Part shown: positions 57,719 through 64,000 of the stretch, piece after piece
How the letters are laid out: each line of letters starts with the position of its first letter
Position numbering within the stretch: position 1 is the stretch's first letter
Source of the DNA: Archaeoglobus sp. JdFR-37
GTDB lineage: Archaea > Halobacteriota > Archaeoglobi > Archaeoglobales > Archaeoglobaceae
DNA length: 64,000 nt
Reading direction: 5' to 3'
Assembly: GCA_002010215.1 (NCBI GenBank)
Contig: MTMY01000004.1
Span: 62,001-126,000, forward strand
Program-made: the position numbers and the translations under genes
Notes under the pieces: generated by a model
What the model was told of the DNA's origin: nothing
The model's database searches: none
What the model saw: only the letters and a program-made list of their open reading frames with translations

Positions 57719-58816
57719 GTGGTTTCCATGAGCTGGTATGAATCCCCAATACTTCAACCAGTGTACGTTAAAGCGATGGAAGTTCTAGGTCCCATCATCG
57801 GAAGAACAGGAGCTCAGCTCCTCTTGAGCCTTATAGAATCCATTTTAATAATAGCCCTCATTTTTATAAATGTTCTGATAATTGTCTGGCTGGAGAGGAA
57901 GATTCTCGGAAGAATGATGAACAGAAGAGGACCGGTTTATGCAGGCCCACCGTTGCTCTGGGGACTGTTTCAGGCAATTGCCGACTTTTTAAAACTCATG
58001 ACAAAGGAGTTCTTCATTCCAAGGAGGGCGGACAGGCTAACATATATTATCGGTCCCGCTCTGGTGGTGTTCGCAGGACTGGCCATAGGTTTGATGGTCC
58101 CCTTTGGCGAGGGCTTTGTTGGCCTGAAAAATGAGGCCAGCCTGATTTATATCATAGCTCTAGCAAGCCTCGAACCCATGGGTGTGATGCTCTGCGGCCT
58201 TTCAGCCAATAACAAATTCTCCCTGATGGGAGGTATGAGAGCTGCTGCTCAGATGATAAGCTACGAGCTGCCAGCTGTCCTAGTTCTGATTTCAGCAGCC
58301 TTACTTGCAGGAAGTGTTGATATTCTCGAGATAGCTGAGTCCCAATCTCAGATATGGTACGTTGCCATCCTCCCGCTTGGAGCCCTCCTTTACCTGATAA
58401 CCGTATTGGCGGAGCTTGAGAGGACACCTTTCGATATCCCTGAGGCGGAATCAGAGCTCGTTGCAGGGTTTATGACAGAGTATGGGGGTATGTTTTACGG
58501 CATGCTGATGGCCGCCCACTACATAAGCGTATTTGTCACATCCGCCCTTTTCGTGGCAGTTTTCCTTGGTGGGTATGGCTTGCCTTTCGGTTTAAATGCA
58601 GCCTTAGAAATGCTCCCACCTGCTCTTGCAAGCCTTACTACCCTCCTCATCTTCCATGTGAAGGTCTATATAGTGGTCTTTCTCCTGATATGGATTAGAG
58701 CTGCCTATTTCAGGTTCCGGATTGACCAGCTTCTGGAGCTGGGCTGGAAACGCCTCTTTCCACTTTCACTTCTCAATCTAGTATGGGCTATAGCAGCTTT
58801 GGGGGTGTTATCTTGA
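57719..58816 (+). CDS. fqoH: Complex I-like subunit H
   Basis: ERK..GR...R.GP, AD.LKL..KE, R.PFD.PEAESELVAG. Confidence 0.96.
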   Translation: MVSMSWYESPILQPVYVKAMEVLGPIIGRTGAQLLLSLIESILIIALIFINVLIIVWLERKILGRMMNRRGPVYAGPPLLWGLFQAIADFLKLMTKEFFIPRRADRLTYIIGPALVVFAGLAIGLMVPFGEGFVGLKNEASLIYIIALASLEPMGVMLCGLSANNKFSLMGGMRAAAQMISYELPAVLVLISAALLAGSVDILEIAESQSQIWYVAILPLGALLYLITVLAELERTPFDIPEAESELVAGFMTEYGGMFYGMLMAAHYISVFVTSALFVAVFLGGYGLPFGLNAALEMLPPALASLTTLLIFHVKVYIVVFLLIWIRAAYFRFRIDQLLELGWKRLFPLSLLNLVWAIAALGVLS

Positions 58817-59460
58817 AGGTCATCAAGAAGCTGGCTGGTCCACTGGTAGTTCCCTTAAGCTACTTCTTTCAGCGCCCCATAACAGTACAGTATCCCGATG
58901 AACGGCTTGTTGTACCCAAAGGGTACAGAGGCCACCCTCTCTTCACTCTTGAAAACTGCATAGCCTGCAGAGCATGTGAAAGGGCATGCCCAGTCAACAC
59001 AATCCAGATCGACATGGAGATAAAACCGGATGGGAGAAGGATAATGTACGGTTACTATCTCGACCTCGGCCGCTGCCTTTTCTGCGGATTCTGTGCTGAT
59101 GCGTGTCCTACAGGGGCAATCGTGATGGGGCCAAAGCTTGAATTGATGGAGTGGAAGAGAGAAGAGCTTGTTTACGACATAAGAAAATTCCAGAAGCTGA
59201 AAAAGGAATTAAGGTGGAAGCCTGAAAAACCTGTAAAGCGTTCTGCATGTGCACATCCTGAAAACTGCATAGGCTGCATGTTCTGCGTTGAAACCTGTCC
59301 TGTCAATGCCATATCCGTCACTACTGTGGGAGACGAGCGAGTTCTGAGAATAGATCCCACTGTGTGCTCTGGCTGTGGAATGTGCGTGAAAAACTGCCCT
59401 ACCTTCGCCTTAACGATGACTGAATATGCTGAGACCGAATATTCCGAATATGAGAGATAA
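58813..59460 (+). CDS. fqoI: Complex I-like subunit I with an extra 2x[4Fe-4S] domain
   Basis: T.QYP; four CxxCxxCxxxCP motifs; TTG start overlapping the fqoH stop. Confidence 0.92.
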   Translation: MKVIKKLAGPLVVPLSYFFQRPITVQYPDERLVVPKGYRGHPLFTLENCIACRACERACPVNTIQIDMEIKPDGRRIMYGYYLDLGRCLFCGFCADACPTGAIVMGPKLELMEWKREELVYDIRKFQKLKKELRWKPEKPVKRSACAHPENCIGCMFCVETCPVNAISVTTVGDERVLRIDPTVCSGCGMCVKNCPTFALTMTEYAETEYSEYER

Positions 59461-59474
59461 TTGAGGTGTGATGG

Positions 59475-60527
59475 ATGACAGAGGTGTGTTACTTCGAGTG
59501 GAGAGTAAAGCTGCCAAAAAAGCCCCTGAGAGACCAGAAGTATTTTGGAAACCTCAAGAAGTTCGTTATAGATGCTGGATTATGCAGTCACTGCACCACA
59601 TGTACTTCTGTCTGTCCGGTTTATGGTATAACAGGCGGTGACAAGCCCATTGATTTTCCAAATTGGGAAAAAGATTGCATTGATTGCGGATCGTGTATTA
59701 GAGTCTGTCCAAGATGGGGATACGAACCAAAGAATGGTATTGGAAATTATGTCGAGATTACAGCAGCAAAATCGAAACGATTCAAGGGTCAGGATGGCGG
59801 TATGGCCAGCGAGATTATCGCTTCAGCCTTCGAGCTAGGCATGATAGACAGGGCGGTTGTGGTCAGCAGAGACGATGTGTGGCATCCTGTTATGACCCAG
59901 GTTAGGACTGCGAAGCAGCTCGGAGATGAGAAGATTGCCAGCTCCAAGTATAGCTTTGCAGATGTCATGGTCGAGCTTAGAAATGCCACCTACAACACCA
60001 GAAAGGGTGTTGCAGTAACGGCAACACCATGTATGATTTCTGGACTTAAGAAACTGGAGGATGAGGTAGCGAGTTACAAACAGAACGTCAAGCTGGCAAT
60101 AAGCCTCTTCTGCATGGAGAATTTCTACTATCACCAGCTCTCAGAGCTTTTAGCTAACAAAGGCATTGAAATGAAATCCGTAGGAAAAATGCATGTTACC
60201 GACAACGGATTGGCTGTTGAGGTGAGCGAGGGGGAGGCTGGGGAGTACATCAGAGTTGTTGAGATCAACGAAGAGGAAATAGAGGAGATACTTCCTTCAG
60301 GCTGTAGAGTGTGCCAGGATTTTGTTGGAGTTGAAAGCGATGTAAGTGTTGGTAGCGAGGGGTCACCAGAAGGATTCTCCACAATAATCGTTAGAAGTGA
60401 AGTTGCTAAGAAAATCATGGATCACATAAGGGAAAAGGATTACGCTGAGTTCGCTGAGGTTGATGTTGATGCCATCGAAAAGCGCTGCGAGAATAAAATC
60501 CAGAAAAGACCTTACAGGAGGGGGTAA
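59475..60527 (+). CDS. fqoF: F420H2 dehydrogenase subunit F (FrhB-like)
   Basis: Two ferredoxin motifs, then GQDGG, SKYS, TPC, LFCMENF, GC..C.D, SDVSVG. Confidence 0.9.
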   Translation: MTEVCYFEWRVKLPKKPLRDQKYFGNLKKFVIDAGLCSHCTTCTSVCPVYGITGGDKPIDFPNWEKDCIDCGSCIRVCPRWGYEPKNGIGNYVEITAAKSKRFKGQDGGMASEIIASAFELGMIDRAVVVSRDDVWHPVMTQVRTAKQLGDEKIASSKYSFADVMVELRNATYNTRKGVAVTATPCMISGLKKLEDEVASYKQNVKLAISLFCMENFYYHQLSELLANKGIEMKSVGKMHVTDNGLAVEVSEGEAGEYIRVVEINEEEIEEILPSGCRVCQDFVGVESDVSVGSEGSPEGFSTIIVRSEVAKKIMDHIREKDYAEFAEVDVDAIEKRCENKIQKRPYRRG

Positions 60528-60529
60528 AG

Positions 60530-60781
60530 GTGGAAGATCTCATCTTCGCTGTCATTGCTGCAGCGACGCTTTTGTTTTCTCTTGCCATATTCCTTGAGAG
60601 GGAGATAATGCACTCAGCCGTATTCTTTGCAGTTTCAATGCTTCTTATCGGTGGCGTATACGTGCTTCTCGGAGCCTACTTCTTGGCGTTCATGCATGTA
60701 ATGGTGTACGTTGGTGCTGTTGCAATTCTGATGGTGTTTGCGATAATGGTGACGAGAAAGGGTGGTATGAATGAGCTTTAG
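60530..60781 (+). CDS. fqoJ1: Complex I-like subunit J, N-terminal half
   Basis: L.A.FLA...V.VYVGAVAIL..FAIM.T. Confidence 0.9.
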   Translation: MEDLIFAVIAAATLLFSLAIFLEREIMHSAVFFAVSMLLIGGVYVLLGAYFLAFMHVMVYVGAVAILMVFAIMVTRKGGMNEL

Positions 60782-60998
60782 AGTGCTGAGAGGTGTAATC
60801 GCAATAGCTTTCGGCCTGCTGGCCTACACATTCATATCCGGAGCACCGTTCCCCTCAGAAATACTGTGGGTACCTAATGTAGATGAAATAGGTGCAGCGC
60901 TTTTCAAGATATACGGAGTTCCCTTTGAAGTTGCATCTTTGATAATAGTCGTGGCAGTTTTTGCAGCCATCTATCTTGTCAGGAGGGATGTGGCATGA
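60771..60998 (+). CDS. fqoJ2: Complex I-like subunit J, C-terminal half
   Basis: IG.ALF..Y..PFEVASL. Confidence 0.85.
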   Translation: MSFRVLRGVIAIAFGLLAYTFISGAPFPSEILWVPNVDEIGAALFKIYGVPFEVASLIIVVAVFAAIYLVRRDVA

Positions 60999-61300
60999 TT
61001 CCCCAGAGTTACGTCCTTGCATTCTCCATATTACTCCTCTCCATAGGGGCACTCGGTGTAATGACCAAGAGAAACCCCATAGTTATGTTGATGGGAATTG
61101 AACTAATGCTAAACGCTGCCAACATCAATCTCATCTCATTCTCCCGTCTGTTTCCTGAAGGCTTTACAGCTCAGGTCTTCGCCCTCTTCATAATCCTAGT
61201 TGCCGCTGCAGAATCCGCCATTGCTCTCGCCATAGTTGTCAGGATATTCAGAAATCATGGCATCGTTGACATATCGCTGTTTGAAGGACTGAGGTGGTAG
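60995..61300 (+). CDS. fqoK: Complex I-like subunit K
   Basis: IELMLNAANIN, AAAESAI.LA. Confidence 0.95.
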   Translation: MIPQSYVLAFSILLLSIGALGVMTKRNPIVMLMGIELMLNAANINLISFSRLFPEGFTAQVFALFIILVAAAESAIALAIVVRIFRNHGIVDISLFEGLRW

Positions 61301-61311
61301 GTGATAGGTAG

Positions 61312-63195
61312 GTGATAGAGATGATCGAGTACTCATGGCTCATACCCATAATGCCTCTGTTTGGCTTCATAATATGCCTGACCGCTGGCTACAGGTTTAC
61401 AAAGGGTCTGGGAGAAGTGGCAATTTTCTTCATGTTTCTTTCCTTCCTGCTGAGCCTTGGAGCCTTCATAGATGTCCTCAACGGCCAGACATATCAGGCT
61501 AAAATGGTTTGGGCAGTGGTTGGGGGCAAGGAGATCACATTTGGCGTGCTCATAGACCAGCTGAGTGCACTGATGGTTCTGATAGTCTCCACACTCATTC
61601 TACTGATTCACATCTATTCGATGGGCTACATGCTGCCTTTCATCAAAACCAATAAGCTGAGCAGATACTTTGCAGAAATGCAGCTTTTCAGCGTGGGAAT
61701 GCTGGGGCTGGTGATTGCAGACAACCTCCTTCTGATGTTCATGTTCTGGGAAATCGTCGGGCTGTGCAGCTACCTCCTTATAGGATACTTCTACAGGAAG
61801 CCAGAGGCAGCAAAAGCCCAGCTTAAGGCATTTCTGGTAACAAGGGCAGGAGATGTTGCATTCCTTATTGGAATTGTTGTGCTCTTCGTTTATGCCGGAA
61901 CCTTTGATTTGCTCAAGCTGTTCAGTCTAGCTCCTGAAATGGATAATTTCGTTTTGACTTTCGCCGCCATCATGCTTTTCGGCGGAGCAATTGGTAAGTC
62001 AGCCCAGTTTCCGCTACATGTTTGGTTGCCAGATGCTATGGAGGGTCCAACCACCGTTTCAGCATTGATACACGCTGCCACCATGGTTAAGGCTGGAGTA
62101 TATCTTGTGGCAAGAACCTATCCCCTCTTTGCCATGAGCAGCGAAGCTTTGACAATCGTCGCATACATCGGTGGCTTCACCGCCTTATTTGCAGCCACCA
62201 TGGCGCTGGTCATGGTTGACATCAAGAAGGTAATCGCCTACTCCACCATTTCCCAGCTTGGCTACATGTTTTTAGCCTTAGGAACCGGTAGCCTCTTCGC
62301 AGGCATGTTTCACCTGATGAATCACGCCTTCTTCAAAGCCCTGCTCTTCCTTGCCGCTGGAAGCGTCATAAATGCATGCATGACCAACGATATACGTGAG
62401 ATGGGTGGATTGCGGAGACTCATGCCCATAACCGCTTACACCATGCTGGCTGGCAGCTTAGCTCTTGCTGGAATTCCACCCTTCAGCGGATTCTTCAGCA
62501 AGGATGAAGTCATACTTGCTGCTTATAACACTGGAGACATGGTTCTTGCATTCTTCGGTGTTGCTGCCGCTGCTCTGACAGCCTTTTACATTTTCAGGGT
62601 GTGGTTCATGGCCTTCACCGGGGAGTACAGAGGCAGGGAACATCCCAAAGAGAGTCCGGCAGTTATGACCTCCGTCCTTGTTATTCTTGCTATCTTCGCA
62701 TTCTCAACAGGTTTTGCCAAAACTTGGCTTGAAGGTTACATGGAACACTTTATCGAAACGAGCTATCCCCACGAGGTTGTAAAAGAAGGTTACATGCAGC
62801 TCGTGCTTGAGCCAAATGAAGCCCTCATGGCCCTGACAGTTGTTATTGCTGTTGCGTCCATAACCATTGCCTATCTTGGATACGTAAGAGGCATACCGAT
62901 ATACCGTATCAGAGACGTGCTTAAACCTATCCACACGCTTCTTTATGAGAAATACTACATGGATTACCTCTTCGAGGATATCTTCGGCGGAAGAATAGGA
63001 ATTTACTGGGCAAGGGTGACGGGGTGGTTTGACAGGGTTGTCATCGATGGAGTCGTTGATGGCATCGGAAAGGTGATGCTGGTTTCAGGGAGCGTATTGA
63101 GAAAAGTTCAGACAGGCAATGTCCAGTACTACCTGAGCGTGGTGCTTCTCGGTGTGATGGCTCTGATATTCTACTTCACGGGGGTGAGTCCATGA
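61312..63195 (+). CDS. fqoL: Complex I-like subunit L
   Basis: GKSAQFPLHVWLPDAMEGPTTVSALIHAATMV, HAFFKALLFL. Confidence 0.97.
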   Translation: MIEMIEYSWLIPIMPLFGFIICLTAGYRFTKGLGEVAIFFMFLSFLLSLGAFIDVLNGQTYQAKMVWAVVGGKEITFGVLIDQLSALMVLIVSTLILLIHIYSMGYMLPFIKTNKLSRYFAEMQLFSVGMLGLVIADNLLLMFMFWEIVGLCSYLLIGYFYRKPEAAKAQLKAFLVTRAGDVAFLIGIVVLFVYAGTFDLLKLFSLAPEMDNFVLTFAAIMLFGGAIGKSAQFPLHVWLPDAMEGPTTVSALIHAATMVKAGVYLVARTYPLFAMSSEALTIVAYIGGFTALFAATMALVMVDIKKVIAYSTISQLGYMFLALGTGSLFAGMFHLMNHAFFKALLFLAAGSVINACMTNDIREMGGLRRLMPITAYTMLAGSLALAGIPPFSGFFSKDEVILAAYNTGDMVLAFFGVAAAALTAFYIFRVWFMAFTGEYRGREHPKESPAVMTSVLVILAIFAFSTGFAKTWLEGYMEHFIETSYPHEVVKEGYMQLVLEPNEALMALTVVIAVASITIAYLGYVRGIPIYRIRDVLKPIHTLLYEKYYMDYLFEDIFGGRIGIYWARVTGWFDRVVIDGVVDGIGKVMLVSGSVLRKVQTGNVQYYLSVVLLGVMALIFYFTGVSP

Positions 63196-64000
63196 TTCTG
63201 AGCGTCATCCTCATCCTGCTCCTACTCGGAAGCATTTTGCCGTGGCTGGTCAGAAGTGCAACCATTGCAAGATGTGTAGCCATCTTCTTCGCCTTCCTGT
63301 CCTTTGCAGCTTCAATTTATGCATACACAATGTTCGAAGGTTCAGGTTTCCAGTTTGAGGAGCGATACGAGTGGATTCCCTCGCTGGGCATAAGCTACCA
63401 TCTTGCCGTCGATGGCCTTAGCCTGCCTTTAGTAATCCTCACAACTTTGCTGGCTCTGGTAGCAACCATTTACGGTGTTGACGAACCTAAGAGAGACAAT
63501 CAGTTTTACGGCCTCATCATGCTGACGTGTTTCGGTACCGCTGGCGTCTTCATGGCCCTAGACCTCTTCCTCTTCTTCGTGTTCTGGGAGATCGTACTGA
63601 TTCCCATGTATTTCCTGATTGCCATCTGGGGTGGACCACGCAAGGATTATGCAAGTTTCAAGTTCATAATCTACACCCATATCGGAAGCGTCATCATGAT
63701 TCTGGCATTCTTCGCTATGCACTACCTCTATTACCTCCAGACAGGCGTCAGAACCTTCGATTTGTTTGAGCTTGCTAAGCTGAGCATCGAACCAAAGCTG
63801 GCAGTTATACTGTTTATAGCATTGATATTCGGTTTCTTCATCAAAATGCCCATCTTCCCCTTCCACACCTGGCTTCCGGCAGCCCACGTAGAGGCGCCGA
63901 CAAGCGGAAGTGTTTTGCTGGCCGGCATACTGCTGAAGATGGGTGGTTACGGCCTGTTCAGAATCCCGTACACATTCTTCCCTGAGGTCGCCAAAGCCTA
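63192..64000 (+). CDS. fqoM: Complex I-like subunit M (truncated by the window end)
   Basis: ATG 63192; WIPSLGISYHLAVDGLS, FWE..LIPMY, K.P.FPFHTWLP.AHVEAP, LLKMGGYG. Confidence 0.95.
   Translation, partial: MILSVILILLLLGSILPWLVRSATIARCVAIFFAFLSFAASIYAYTMFEGSGFQFEERYEWIPSLGISYHLAVDGLSLPLVILTTLLALVATIYGVDEPKRDNQFYGLIMLTCFGTAGVFMALDLFLFFVFWEIVLIPMYFLIAIWGGPRKDYASFKFIIYTHIGSVIMILAFFAMHYLYYLQTGVRTFDLFELAKLSIEPKLAVILFIALIFGFFIKMPIFPFHTWLPAAHVEAPTSGSVLLAGILLKMGGYGLFRIPYTFFPEVAKA

Noticed and set aside
1..64000. CRISPR array, tRNA, rRNA, IS element or integrase
   Set aside because: No regularly spaced repeats, GC-rich structured RNA segments or transposase/recombinase motifs were seen.

Overview
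Archaeal chromosomal segment, most likely class Archaeoglobi. This is inferred from the S19e-PDCD5-L39e-L31e-aIF6-L18a-pfdA-ftsY cluster, a split glutamate synthase, a PGF-CTERM protein and an Fqo-type complex I operon with an F420H2-oxidising F subunit. Region 1-16 kb is housekeeping, redox and nitrogen assimilation genes plus a stand-alone LigD-type primase-polymerase beside an RPA-like gene. Region 16-41.7 kb is an accessory aromatic-catabolism block. Its core is an anaerobic phenol phosphorylation/carboxylation system: ppsA, ppsB, one ppcB-type UbiD, ubiX, two HAD phosphatases, a Nudix hydrolase and two benzoate-CoA-ligase paralogues. The block also holds a Liv-type ABC importer, TrmB- and Lrp-type regulators, an atypical W-AOR, a Mo/W-bisPGD enzyme and three decayed genes. 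Region 41.7-55 kb holds a peptide ABC operon whose binding protein looks circularly permuted and which contains an unannotated 44-aa membrane ORF, followed by translation genes and pheST. Region 55-64 kb is fqo/nuo A-B-C-D-H-I-F-J1-J2-K-L-M, with M cut by the window edge. I found no rRNA, tRNA, CRISPR array, integrase or transposase. All family assignments come from motif recognition by eye; no database searches were run.
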